64,000 nt of DNA from a virus (IMGVR_UViG_3300000976_000009:141151-205150); one strand, 5' to 3'. Positions 39,427 to 47,883 are shown, numbered from the stretch's first letter. The notes: generated by a model from the letters alone, not told the origin. Translations and numbers: made by a program.

Positions 39427-40166
39427 TTGTCTCCCCAAGTGACAATAGTTTCCAATAAGTCAAATAATTCAGTTGAGAATTGAACTGGGTAAATTTTTGC
39501 CATTACTTCAATAGGTCTATTATCAATTCTTAATATTTCATCTTCATCTTTAGAAGATAGATGATTAAAATGTTTTCCTTTAAATATAAAATCTTCTTGT
39601 CTTGTTCTATATTTTAAAATAATAGGAATTTTAGTATCTAACCTATGTGCGATTAGATGTTGTAAAAATTCATCTAAATGACCTTCTTGTTTTGCTTTAT
39701 TAAACTTTTTCAATAATAGAAGTAATAATGTTCCACTCTGACCAAATTCATCATTAGCAATATCTTCATCATTAGTCCAACTTTGAATAGGTGTTTTTGC
39801 ATTATAAATCATTGGGAAAGGTTTACCCAATCTAATATCTTCTTTGATTTTATTATAAGATTTTAATAAATCCTCAATAGTTACTTTAGTTCCACGATAT
39901 GCCATACCTTCTGGTTGAAGAATTTCTGGATAAGCAGATACACATTTTTTTAAATTACTTGCCATTTGAAACATATTAGTATCAATTCTACTACTATGTA
40001 CATTTCCAGAAAATTTATGTATTAACTCTACATAATCATCTTCTAATTTAGTATTAGTCTCATCACCCCCAAATTCTGGTGAGAATAATTCTTGACCAAA
40101 TTTACTAACACAAGCCTCAATTTGTCCTTCTTTAATTATTGTTTTATATAGTGTTACTAATTTCAT
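39423..40166 (-). CDS. ADP-ribosyltransferase-like protein (R-S-E type)
   Basis: AYRG, QSWT, EDEIL; ATATTTATA upstream. Confidence 0.55.
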   Translation of the reverse strand: MKLVTLYKTIIKEGQIEACVSKFGQELFSPEFGGDETNTKLEDDYVELIHKFSGNVHSSRIDTNMFQMASNLKKCVSAYPEILQPEGMAYRGTKVTIEDLLKSYNKIKEDIRLGKPFPMIYNAKTPIQSWTNDEDIANDEFGQSGTLLLLLLKKFNKAKQEGHLDEFLQHLIAHRLDTKIPIILKYRTRQEDFIFKGKHFNHLSSKDEDEILRIDNRPIEVMAKIYPVQFSTELFDLLETIVTWGDN

Positions 40167-40392
40167 ATTATATAAATATCTAAGTTTTTACTTAACATTT
40201 TAACAGTAAAAAACCTTATATAATATGATATATAATTTTTTTCTTTAATATATAGATAAACACTTGGTAATCAATTAATTATGTATCAATAAAAAAATGA
40301 AAAAAAGTGTAAAAAACCTTGCCTTTTACCAGGTTTATGTGTATCTTTGTAGTAGAAATAAAAATCATAACAAAGCCTTAAAAATATATAAA

Positions 40393-41016
40393 ATGGCAAG
40401 AAAAGGTAACGCAACAAGTAAAGTAACAACAGTAGCTCAAGCGAGTACAGTTAAAATTAACAAAGCAACAGACGGATTAGCAAAAATCGTTGCTGAATTA
40501 CAATCAACGAATGATTCTTATGAAGAAATCGTAACTAATATTGAGCTTAAGGAAGCTGAACTTGAAAGATTGGGTCAAGAATATTCTGAGAAAGAAAGAG
40601 AAATGCAAGCTGACCTTAAACTAAAAGCAAAGGAATCAGCATCAGATTTGGTAAACAGTATTTTGAAATCAGAAAATAAAGTTTCAATTGATTCTGAGGA
40701 ATTATCTTCATTAAGAAATGAGTTGGAGACTATGAAATCTAATTTTGATAAAAGTGTTAAATCTGAATCTGAAAAAGCAATTGCTATTATTACAGCTAGA
40801 CATAGTGGGGAATTGAGAGCAAAAGATTTAGAGTTTGCTGCTTCATCAGCAACAATGAAAGCTGAATTATCAACGGCTAATGATAAGATTGCATCTTACA
40901 CTACACAAATTAATGATTATAAAGCACAAATCACTGCTGATAGAGAGGCTAGAGTTCAAGAGGCTCAAGCAAGAGGTGGTCAAAGTATCACAGTACAGTC
41001 TGATGGTAAAAGATAA
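40393..41016 (+). CDS. coiled-coil protein
   Basis: heptad-rich sequence; promoter and terminator flank. Confidence 0.7.
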   Translation: MARKGNATSKVTTVAQASTVKINKATDGLAKIVAELQSTNDSYEEIVTNIELKEAELERLGQEYSEKEREMQADLKLKAKESASDLVNSILKSENKVSIDSEELSSLRNELETMKSNFDKSVKSESEKAIAIITARHSGELRAKDLEFAASSATMKAELSTANDKIASYTTQINDYKAQITADREARVQEAQARGGQSITVQSDGKR

Positions 41017-41102
41017 TTTAACCAATAAACTAAATGAAAAAGCCCCATATTCTGGGGCTTTTTTGTTGTCAAATAATTTAATTTTGTGTAATTTTGTGAA
41101 TA

Positions 41103-41588
41103 ATGGATTTTAATACATATACCAGTAAGGGTTTAACCCACCTACTTCATGAGGAATTAAATAATACTAATATTAATAGTGATTTGGTAAAAAGAATTAA
41201 TATTGAATTAAAGAGACGAATAGAATCCAACCAATTTCAAATGTCAGTAGAAGAACAAATCCATTGGATTATAATGGACACTAACTTTGAGCAAATACAT
41301 GATATTGAAGAGTTTCTTATGTTAAATAATGGAAAACCATTTAAACCAACAACCATTAATGGTTTAATGTTAGTAGTTAAGGAAATGTTAATAAGGATTG
41401 CTAATACGGTGGAAAATGATGATGGATATTCATCATATAAAATTGGTAATTTTTTAGTAGAAAAGACTATATACGATGGTGTTATGTGTTTATCATTTAA
41501 ACATGTAGTAGGTGGTTGGGATATGGATTATGATGCAGTTACTTCACAAAATTATTGCGAACCAGAAGACGAATATACAGGAGGATGA
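41103..41588 (+). CDS. hypothetical protein
   Basis: ORF. Confidence 0.6.
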   Translation: MDFNTYTSKGLTHLLHEELNNTNINSDLVKRINIELKRRIESNQFQMSVEEQIHWIIMDTNFEQIHDIEEFLMLNNGKPFKPTTINGLMLVVKEMLIRIANTVENDDGYSSYKIGNFLVEKTIYDGVMCLSFKHVVGGWDMDYDAVTSQNYCEPEDEYTGG

Positions 41589-42058
41589 GATTATATGCAA
41601 CATTTGAAGGGATTAAAGACATCGACCCAAATAAATACGATGCATTTACAGGAAACTTACAATTAATGTGGTCTAATGTAAAAGATGATACTGGGACTCC
41701 ACTTAAAGGTAGCTTCCATTGTAATAGGGCAAAATTATTTGAAACACTAACACTTAGAAAGGGTAATAGATATGTGTTAGGTTGTAAGGAATTACGAGGA
41801 CAAAAGATATACTTCCCAACATCAGTAATGAACACAAGGAAGAACCCAACATGTAATATTATGAGAAAAGCCTTTAGTGATTACACATTTATTAATGGTA
41901 AATTCAAAGGTAAATGGTTAAGTAAGATGACTTATATGGAGAAAGATGAACTTAAGAGATACTTATTATACCTAGGTAGAAATACCAATAATGAAGCTAC
42001 AGTAATAAATGTACTTAGCATATTAAAAATATTAGATGATGAGCAAAAGCAGATTTAA
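41585..42058 (+). CDS. hypothetical protein
   Basis: coupled ORF. Confidence 0.6.
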   Translation: MRLYATFEGIKDIDPNKYDAFTGNLQLMWSNVKDDTGTPLKGSFHCNRAKLFETLTLRKGNRYVLGCKELRGQKIYFPTSVMNTRKNPTCNIMRKAFSDYTFINGKFKGKWLSKMTYMEKDELKRYLLYLGRNTNNEATVINVLSILKILDDEQKQI

Positions 42059-42272
42059 TTTAGATTTACATGATGTAAGACATGCAGAAGTTCCAAGAAA
42101 AGTTGATAAATTCATTGGAGCACATTTAATGGGTGGTAGTAAATCGGTAATAATTATTACTGGTAATAGTGATGAAATGAAAAAAATAGTCGCTAGAACA
42201 TTAGCGGATTATGGGTTAGATTATAAAGATACTTGGGGTAACACTGGTGAAGTGGCAGTAAGTTTAGTTTGA
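42036..42272 (+). CDS. Smr-domain protein
   Basis: LDLH, IITG, N.G. Confidence 0.65.
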   Translation: MMSKSRFNLDLHDVRHAEVPRKVDKFIGAHLMGGSKSVIIITGNSDEMKKIVARTLADYGLDYKDTWGNTGEVAVSLV

Positions 42273-42287
42273 TAATATTTATTTAAT

Positions 42288-42603
42288 ATGAAAGCATTAA
42301 TTAAAAAATTATTAAAAGAAGGTTTAAGTAGAAAACATTATATTGGTCAGTGTGATATATTGAGACATAAATCAGATACTAATGAATTATATTGGTATGA
42401 TATGATGAAGAATAAGCGTGAAATAACATTCGAAAGATTTTTAAATTCAGTAGATTTCACACCAGTTCTTGATGAAGATGAAACAGCAGAAGGATACATT
42501 AGGGACCAATTAAGGCAAGACCCAAGCATATGTTTCAAATTGGGGAGATAAAGAATCTATGTTCTTACAGACTGCTGGATTTGAATTTATTTTCACTGAT
42601 TAA
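42288..42603 (+). CDS. possible virion protein, apparently frameshifted near 42525
   Basis: MKALIKKLLKE leader; alternate frame continues AYVSNWGD..FEFIFTD*. Confidence 0.5.
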
Positions 42604-42746
42604 GTAATTGATAATCAAATAGTTATAAAAAAATATTAAAATTAATTAACAAAAAGCTTGCTAATTAAAATAACTTTAGTATCTTTGTAGTATATTTAAA
42701 AACAAGGGGTAACCCTTAATAGAAATAAAAAACAAAAACATTTTCA

Positions 42747-42830
42747 ATGCAAACAATTGTAAACATATTAACACTTAACTTAGTCTTATGCCTAGTGGTA
42801 TTAGACGGGTCGAGCTATGTGTTTATGTAA
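42747..42830 (+). CDS. leader peptide MQTIVNILTLNLVLCLVVLDGSSYVFM
   Basis: 27 codons, Leu/Val/Cys cluster, overlaps antiterminator. Confidence 0.8.
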   Translation: MQTIVNILTLNLVLCLVVLDGSSYVFM

Positions 42831-42886
42831 GTATAGAAAACTTAAACATATTTAAGCTCGATTCGTAACTGAATCGAGCTTTTTTT
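42810..42886 (+). promoter_or_regulatory. attenuator 2
   Basis: TCGAGCTATGTGTTTA pairs with TAAACATAT..AGCTCGA; terminator AAGCTCGATTC/GAATCGAGCTT plus U-tract. Confidence 0.85.
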
Positions 42887-42899
42887 ATGTATAATAAAT

Positions 42900-42983
42900 G
42901 CCTATGTGCTTGAGTGGTCGAAAAGTGCGGTCTGCAAAACCGTAAGGGAAACCTCATCGTTGGTTCGAATCCAACCATAGGCT
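42900..42983 (+). tRNA. tRNA-Cys (GCA), long variable arm
   Basis: GCGGT CTGCAAA ACCGT, U73. Confidence 0.85.
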
Positions 42984-42999
42984 CAAAAATAAAACAATA

Positions 43000-43071
43000 G
43001 GTCGGGGTGACCGAATGTTTAGGTAGTTAGCTGCAACCCTCCTTATGCTGGTTAGATTCCATTCCCCGACT
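43000..43071 (+). tRNA. tRNA-Cys (GCA), degenerate
   Basis: loop CTGCAAC, weak anticodon stem. Confidence 0.5.
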
Positions 43072-43240
43072 CTACAATAATGTAATAACTAAAAATGAGG
43101 GTTATGAAACAGGGGTAACAAATAAGACTAGAGAATTTAGAAAACAATTCTTAGTCGAACGAGAACACACAGGAAGAGAAATAGTCACTTTCTGGGAAAC
43201 GGGTAAATCATATTTTATTGAATATATTGAACCGAGAAGC

Positions 43241-43447
43241 ATGAATAAGAGTGGTTGGGGTGATATTGACCCAGCGACTAAAAAGGTAACTGGTTCTTAT
43301 GGTAATAAGTACAAAGGTGCAATTAAAGCAGATGAATCTATGATTACTAAAGAGAATGGCTTCGAAAATATTATTGAAGGAATGGGTTCTCCATATGCAC
43401 AAATTGAATGGATGCATAATAAATGGAAAACTGAAAATGGATACTAA
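43241..43447 (+). CDS. hypothetical protein; frame open upstream to about 43070
   Basis: ORF WGDIDP..GSYG.KYKG. Confidence 0.6.
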   Translation: MNKSGWGDIDPATKKVTGSYGNKYKGAIKADESMITKENGFENIIEGMGSPYAQIEWMHNKWKTENGY

Positions 43448-43619
43448 AAATGGATACATTAAGAAGTATAAAATTGACTAGAGAACAAAAAAAAGAAATA
43501 AGGAAAATAGTCAATAGATACATGAGGAAGCAAAGAAATCGAAAGATTAGACAACTAAAAGAATGGTTGGTGCTTCATAAGAATTAAATAAAGTGGAAGG
43601 TTGTAATTCCTTCCAATAT

Positions 43620-43691
43620 TGGAGTATAGCTCAGCTGGAGAGCGGGTGTGTTACATGCACTAGGTCGGGGGTTCGAATCCCCCTACTCCAA
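43620..43691 (+). tRNA. tRNA-Val (TAC)
   Basis: GGTGT GTTACAT GCACT. Confidence 0.85.
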
Positions 43692-43698
43692 CTAAAAT

Positions 43699-43770
43699 GC
43701 TCTGTGGGTGTGATGGTTAGCATACTTGTTTTACATGCAAGTTGAGTAGGTTCGATTCCTACACAGAGTA
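43699..43770 (+). tRNA. tRNA-Val (TAC)
   Basis: CTTGT TTTACAT GCAAG. Confidence 0.88.
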
Positions 43771-43777
43771 CAAATAT

Positions 43778-43858
43778 GGGGATGTGGCGAAATGGTTCAC
43801 GCAGCGGTTTTAGAAACCGTATCTTAATTGACTGTGGGTTCGAATCCCACCATCCCTA
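43778..43858 (+). tRNA. tRNA-Leu (TAG)
   Basis: GCGGT TTTAGAA ACCGT. Confidence 0.88.
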
Positions 43859-43872
43859 CTAAAAATTTATAT

Positions 43873-43952
43873 TGCGGGTGAGTGAAACGGATATATAAAT
43901 CATTCTGGGCTCATAACCCACGAGATACTAGGTTCGACTCCTAGACCCGCTA
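43873..43952 (+). tRNA. tRNA-fMet (CAT)
   Basis: TGGG CTCATAA CCCA, 1:72 mismatch. Confidence 0.8.
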
Positions 43953-43958
43953 CAAGAT

Positions 43959-44029
43959 GGTTCCATAGTTTAATGGGAGAACGTCACCTTGACATGGTGA
44001 TAGCGAAGGTTCGATTCCTTCTGGAATCA
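43959..44029 (+). tRNA. tRNA-Val (GAC)
   Basis: TCACC TTGACAT GGTGA. Confidence 0.92.
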
Positions 44030-44044
44030 CAAATAGTACTACAC

Positions 44045-44133
44045 GGGGGTGTGGGCAAATTGGAAAAGTCAGTGGGTTTAAGCCCCACGGTAAACGTAAG
44101 ATACATCTGCGGGTTCGAGTCCCGCCACCCCTA
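44045..44133 (+). tRNA. tRNA-Leu (TAA)
   Basis: GTGGG TTTAAGC CCCAC. Confidence 0.85.
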
Positions 44134-44145
44134 CTAACTATTCAT

Positions 44146-44233
44146 TGCGGGGTAGTGTAATTGGTAACATGCTGGGCTCATAACCCAGAGAAGCGGTAAC
44201 ACCGTGTTCTAGGTTCAACTCCTAGCCCCGCTA
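44146..44233 (+). tRNA. tRNA-fMet (CAT), long variable arm
   Basis: CTGGG CTCATAA CCCAG. Confidence 0.8.
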
Positions 44234-44239
44234 CAAGAT

Positions 44240-44324
44240 GGTCGCATGGTGGAATTGGTAGACACGCCAGACTTAAAATCTGGTGCCCATTACGGGCGTG
44301 TGGGTTCGACTCCCACTGCGACTA
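44240..44324 (+). tRNA. tRNA-Leu (TAA)
   Basis: CCAGA CTTAAAA TCTGG. Confidence 0.93.
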
Positions 44325-44350
44325 CAAGGGGTTCGAAGTACAAGAACCTT

Positions 44351-44434
44351 GGCGATATGGTGAAACTGGTAAACACAGCCTCGGATGGGGCGGGGTTTGA
44401 CTCCCCACTGTTGGTTCGACTCCAACTATCGCCA
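44351..44434 (+). ncRNA. tRNA-Leu-like body with tetraloop instead of anticodon loop
   Basis: Leu-type D arm and long arm; GCCTC GGAT GGGGC. Confidence 0.65.
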
Positions 44435-44437
44435 CAA

Positions 44438-44524
44438 AGGATGATTACAGCAAATGTAACTAGGTTAAAAAACATGATTCAAACTCAAGTTCAGATGGTT
44501 CAAATCCATTAAATTCATCATCCT
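44438..44524 (+). ncRNA. stem-CAGCAA element 4 with D-like, CAA and T arms
   Basis: AGGATGAT-TACAGCAAA..TGA TTCAAAC TCA..ATGG TTCAAAT CCAT..ATCATCCT-G. Confidence 0.7.
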
Positions 44525-44530
44525 GTCCAT

Positions 44531-44614
44531 CCCCAAGTGGTGGAATTGGTAGACACGCTGTCCTAAGAAGGCAGTGCTAGTAATAGCGTGTGGGTTCGAC
44601 TCCCACCTTGGGGA
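44531..44614 (+). tRNA. tRNA-Leu (AAG)
   Basis: CTGTC CTAAGAA GGCAG. Confidence 0.85.
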
Positions 44615-44619
44615 CAAAT

Positions 44620-44701
44620 GGGGGTATGGCGGAACGGTATACGCAGCAGTTTCAAAAACTGTGGTCCTAGAGACATGTGGGTTCGACTCCCATTACCCTT
44701 A
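44620..44701 (+). tRNA. tRNA-Leu (CAA)
   Basis: GCAGT TTCAAAA ACTGT. Confidence 0.88.
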
Positions 44702-44743
44702 CTAAAATTAGGGGTTCTAATTTATTTAACTTATATTTGTATT

Positions 44744-44905
44744 ATGAATGATGAATTTTATAGTTTGGTTATGTTTCCTTATCCATCTGGTGATGGATTA
44801 CATGTTGGTCATTATTATAATTATGCGATTATGGATTCATTTAATCGTTGGAAGAGTATAAAGGAATTAAGGTGTTTCAACCATTTTAAAATGGTTTATC
44901 CCTAA
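44744..44905 (+). pseudogene. leuS: leucyl-tRNA synthetase N-terminal fragment
   Basis: MFPYPSGDGLHVGH; alternate frame gives YKGIKVFQPF then stop. Confidence 0.75.
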
Positions 44906-44948
44906 TTTTTAATATTTATTAGTATAATATATTTCTAAAATAATTAAG

Positions 44949-45197
44949 ATGGGAAAATTTGAAAAAAAGGGTTATAATATATTTGCTAGGATAAGTTCAT
45001 TGTTTACATTTGTGTTTGGATTAATTGCTACTATAGCATTTTGGGTATTCATAGCACAAGGTGATGTATTTGATAGTTTGTATCCAGCAATTGGTATGTT
45101 TATAGCATCACATGGGGCATTGATTGGTATAATATTTTATGAAATCATGCATTATACTGGTAAATCATTCACAGAATTATTTAAAAAAAACCACTAA
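44949..45197 (+). CDS. small membrane protein
   Basis: two TM segments. Confidence 0.6.
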   Translation: MGKFEKKGYNIFARISSLFTFVFGLIATIAFWVFIAQGDVFDSLYPAIGMFIASHGALIGIIFYEIMHYTGKSFTELFKKNH

Positions 45198-45299
45198 ACA
45201 TTTGGTTTAGCGGAATATTATTACTATATTTGAATAAGAAAGCTGATTCAATTGATATTTATAATTGAGTTTGTTTAGGTTAAACTAAAACATAAAAGT

Positions 45300-45614
45300 A
45301 TGGAAATGATAACATCAATTTTATTAGTAATGTTAGTCGCAATTAGAATTATTGAATGTTATTTATTTGTTAGAAAAGTGAGTAAAACATGTCGTGCATA
45401 TGATATGAAACACATTGAAACTAATGAGCTACTACTTTTGGAGATGTTAGAAAGTAAAGATTATTACACAACTAGTAATTGGTCAGCATATAACTTCTTA
45501 TACTTAAAGGGTCCAAACCCTTTAAGCTTGTTTTTTTCTTTAAAACCTATTACCATTGAAGCTCAATATAATAAAGAGGTTGTAGAGAAATTGAACAAAT
45601 ATGAAATTAACTGA
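45300..45614 (+). CDS. hypothetical protein
   Basis: N-terminal TM. Confidence 0.55.
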   Translation: MEMITSILLVMLVAIRIIECYLFVRKVSKTCRAYDMKHIETNELLLLEMLESKDYYTTSNWSAYNFLYLKGPNPLSLFFSLKPITIEAQYNKEVVEKLNKYEIN

Positions 45615-46248
45615 GGCATATAATAAAGTCATTCTAGATGAGTTCTGGAATGGATTAGAAGAAGAACTCCAATTAGATGAATCCGATAGTGGATTAAAAA
45701 ACTTAATTGGTCAAGCAAATGAAATTATATTCGAAAAATTTCAAATTAATCCAGTTGATAGAGAATACTGTATAGTTGGTTCAGCAAGATTATACTTATA
45801 CCCACAACTTAGAGATGCCTTTGGTTTAGAAGGAACAATTGGTGACCTAGATATGGTTATACCAGATAAAAAACATTGGATTCAAGCTGGATTAGAAGAA
45901 AATTGGAATAAAGGTGGTATATATAGACCAACTGATGATGGTTCTATTGAAGCATTTAATGTGTGGGACCCAGCAAGAGCTGGTGGAGAATATGCAGATG
46001 TCCAAGTTAGGTCAACCCAAGAGGTAGTTAAAGATGGTACATTAATTAATGGATATTATTTTATGTCATTACAGGACATTATCGATTATAAAATGTCTAT
46101 GAATAGAGAGAAGGAACAAGATGTAGTTAGTCTTATTTCAGCATACCAAAAGAGTGGTTCTTCAAACAGAATGGATTTACTTAGGAGAATGGCTAAAGTC
46201 ATTGGGTTTGATAAAACTAAAGAATTTTTAGGTAGGGTAGGTAAATAA
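45601..46248 (+). CDS. nucleotidyltransferase-like protein
   Basis: IVGSA.L..GDLD..K..MNREK. Confidence 0.55.
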   Translation: MKLTEAYNKVILDEFWNGLEEELQLDESDSGLKNLIGQANEIIFEKFQINPVDREYCIVGSARLYLYPQLRDAFGLEGTIGDLDMVIPDKKHWIQAGLEENWNKGGIYRPTDDGSIEAFNVWDPARAGGEYADVQVRSTQEVVKDGTLINGYYFMSLQDIIDYKMSMNREKEQDVVSLISAYQKSGSSNRMDLLRRMAKVIGFDKTKEFLGRVGK

Positions 46249-46405
46249 TTAAAAAAAATACTCTTAAAATACAATAAAAATAAGGGTTTTGAAAAAAAAA
46301 TAAAAAAAAATAGTGAAAAAACTTGCCATTTAATAAAAGTTTTGTATCTTTGTACCATACTTATAAACAACGAGACTAAATTTAGTCTTACAAAAATAAA
46401 AAAAA

Positions 46406-46495
46406 ATGAACACATTAATTAACATATTTGAATTTAGCTTTGAAGCTGCCGAGGATGATTGCATCTTGGGAAGGTCAAGTTATGTCAAAAGTTAA
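46406..46495 (+). CDS. leader peptide MNTLINIFEFSFEAAEDDCILGRSSYVKS
   Basis: 29 codons, Phe/Glu/Ala/Asp cluster, overlaps antiterminator. Confidence 0.8.
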   Translation: MNTLINIFEFSFEAAEDDCILGRSSYVKS

Positions 46496-46552
46496 GTGTT
46501 AAAAAACATAAACTAAACATTACAAGCCTTCCAGAAACGGAAGGCTTTTTTT
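46469..46552 (+). promoter_or_regulatory. attenuator 3
   Basis: GGAAGGT pairs GCCTTCC; terminator AAGCCTTCC/GGAAGGCTT plus U-tract. Confidence 0.82.
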
Positions 46553-46562
46553 ATGCACATAT

Positions 46563-46634
46563 GTGACCTTGGAAGCAGCGGTACTTCGCTTGGTTGAAGC
46601 CCAAGAAAGCTCGGTTCGAATCCGAGAGGTCACA
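46563..46634 (+). tRNA. tRNA-Phe (GAA)
   Basis: CTTGG TTGAAGC CCAAG. Confidence 0.88.
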
Positions 46635-46639
46635 CACAT

Positions 46640-46712
46640 AGCCCCATCGACTAGCGGTCAAGGTCGCCACCCTCTCAAGGTGGAAACATCGGTTCGAATC
46701 CGATTGGGGTCA
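46640..46712 (+). tRNA. tRNA-Glu (CTC)
   Basis: CCACC CTCTCAA GGTGG. Confidence 0.88.
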
Positions 46713-46747
46713 CTAAGATTTAGTTCTTTGACATATTGAAATGATTT

Positions 46748-46819
46748 GGTGCGGTAGCTCAGAGGTAGAGCAGTAGGTTGAAAACTTACGTGTCGGGGGT
46801 TCGAATCCCTCTCGTACCA
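46748..46819 (+). tRNA. tRNA-Phe (GAA)
   Basis: GTAGG TTGAAAA CTTAC. Confidence 0.92.
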
Positions 46820-46825
46820 CAAAAT

Positions 46826-46900
46826 GCTCGGTTCGTCTAACGGCTAGGACGGGTGGTTTTCAGCCATCAAATAGGGGTTCGATTCCCCTACCGAGTACCA
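46826..46900 (+). tRNA. tRNA-Glu (TTC)
   Basis: loop TTTTCAG, encoded CCA. Confidence 0.9.
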
Positions 46901-46948
46901 AGTGTCAGTTTCTAGTGGTTCTGAACGAAATAAAATTTCACTAATTTT

Positions 46949-47020
46949 CGCCCGTTCGTCTAACGGTTAGGACGTTAGGTTTTCAACCTAAAAATAGGAG
47001 TTCGATTCTCCTACGGGTGA
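46949..47020 (+). tRNA. tRNA-Glu (TTC)
   Basis: TTAGG TTTTCAA CCTAA. Confidence 0.92.
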
Positions 47021-47090
47021 CTATGTTAATAAACACTGCAATGTTTATTACAGAAACCAATGAACTATTTGCAGATAGGTAAGTTGGTTT

Positions 47091-47161
47091 TGAATGTTCG
47101 TCTAGCGGTTAGGATACTGCCCATTACGGGTGGAGACACGGGTTCGAATCCCGTACATTTA
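47091..47161 (+). tRNA. Glu/Asp-body tRNA with aberrant loop CATTACG
   Basis: TCGTCTAGCGGTTAGGA D arm, perfect T arm, no U33. Confidence 0.55.
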
Positions 47162-47232
47162 ACAAACGCCCGTTGAGATATTACGAATCGATAGGGAGAA
47201 TGAGTATGACTGTTAGGAAAGACTAACAATAT

Positions 47233-47307
47233 GGTCCAGTGGACGAAATTGGTTTAGTCGTCACCCTTTCAAGGTGAAGGTTGCGGGTTCGATTCCCGTC
47301 TGGACTA
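47233..47307 (+). tRNA. tRNA-Glu (TTC)
   Basis: TCACC CTTTCAA GGTGA. Confidence 0.92.
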
Positions 47308-47318
47308 CTAAAAACTAC

Positions 47319-47391
47319 GGTCTGTAGGTCAAATGGTTAAGATGCCTCCCTGTCACGGAGAGCGGAGCGGGTTCGACTCCCGTATGGACCG
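47319..47391 (+). tRNA. tRNA-Asp (GTC)
   Basis: CTCC CTGTCAC GGAG, G73. Confidence 0.9.
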
Positions 47392-47399
47392 CAAAGTAA

Positions 47400-47470
47400 C
47401 GTCCATTGGTGTAATGGTAACATGACTGGTTGTCTCCCAGTTGCTAAGGGTTCGATTCCCTTATGGACGG
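47400..47470 (+). tRNA. tRNA-Asp (GTC)
   Basis: ACTGG TTGTCTC CCAGT. Confidence 0.82.
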
Positions 47471-47481
47471 CATAATCACAC

Positions 47482-47554
47482 GGCTGGTGTGGTGTAACGG
47501 TAGCATACTTCCCTGTCACGGAAGAGGTTCGGGGTTCGAATCCCCCATCAGCCG
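47482..47554 (+). tRNA. tRNA-Asp (GTC)
   Basis: CTTCC CTGTCAC GGAAG. Confidence 0.88.
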
Positions 47555-47561
47555 CAATAAT

Positions 47562-47637
47562 GGTCTAGTGAGCCCCATTGGTAGGGGATTTGCACTGTCT
47601 CTGCTCAAAAACGAGGGTTCGACCCCCTCCTAGACCC
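47562..47637 (+). tRNA. tRNA-Asp-like (GTC)
   Basis: GCA CTGTCTC TGC. Confidence 0.6.
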
Positions 47638-47640
47638 CAT

Positions 47641-47710
47641 GAAGTCATAGTTTAGTGCAAGAACGCCACTTAGACGGGTGGAAATACGAGTTGGATTCTC
47701 GTTGACTTTA
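47641..47710 (+). tRNA. degenerate tRNA, identity unclear
   Basis: cloverleaf with irregular anticodon loop. Confidence 0.45.
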
Positions 47711-47720
47711 CAAATATTTT

Positions 47721-47797
47721 GGGGGCACATGTCCCAAGGCTGGCGAGGTAGGTTTGCACCTTCCCTGTGGTGGGTTCGATTCCCACTGTCTCCACCA
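47721..47797 (+). tRNA. tRNA-Ala (TGC)
   Basis: G3:U70, loop TTTGCAC, encoded CCA. Confidence 0.82.
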
Positions 47798-47809
47798 AAA
47801 TAACATAAT

Positions 47810-47882
47810 GGGGCTATGGTGAAACTGGCTATCATCGTTGACTTGCACTCAGCAGTTCCGAGTTCGAACCTCGGTAGCTCCA
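47810..47882 (+). tRNA. tRNA-Ala (TGC)
   Basis: G3:U70, GTTGA CTTGCAC TCAGC. Confidence 0.9.
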
Positions 47883-47883
47883 C

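Noticed and set aside
42747-42886. T-box riboswitch
   Set aside because: No T-box consensus or specifier stem; geometry fits leader-peptide attenuation
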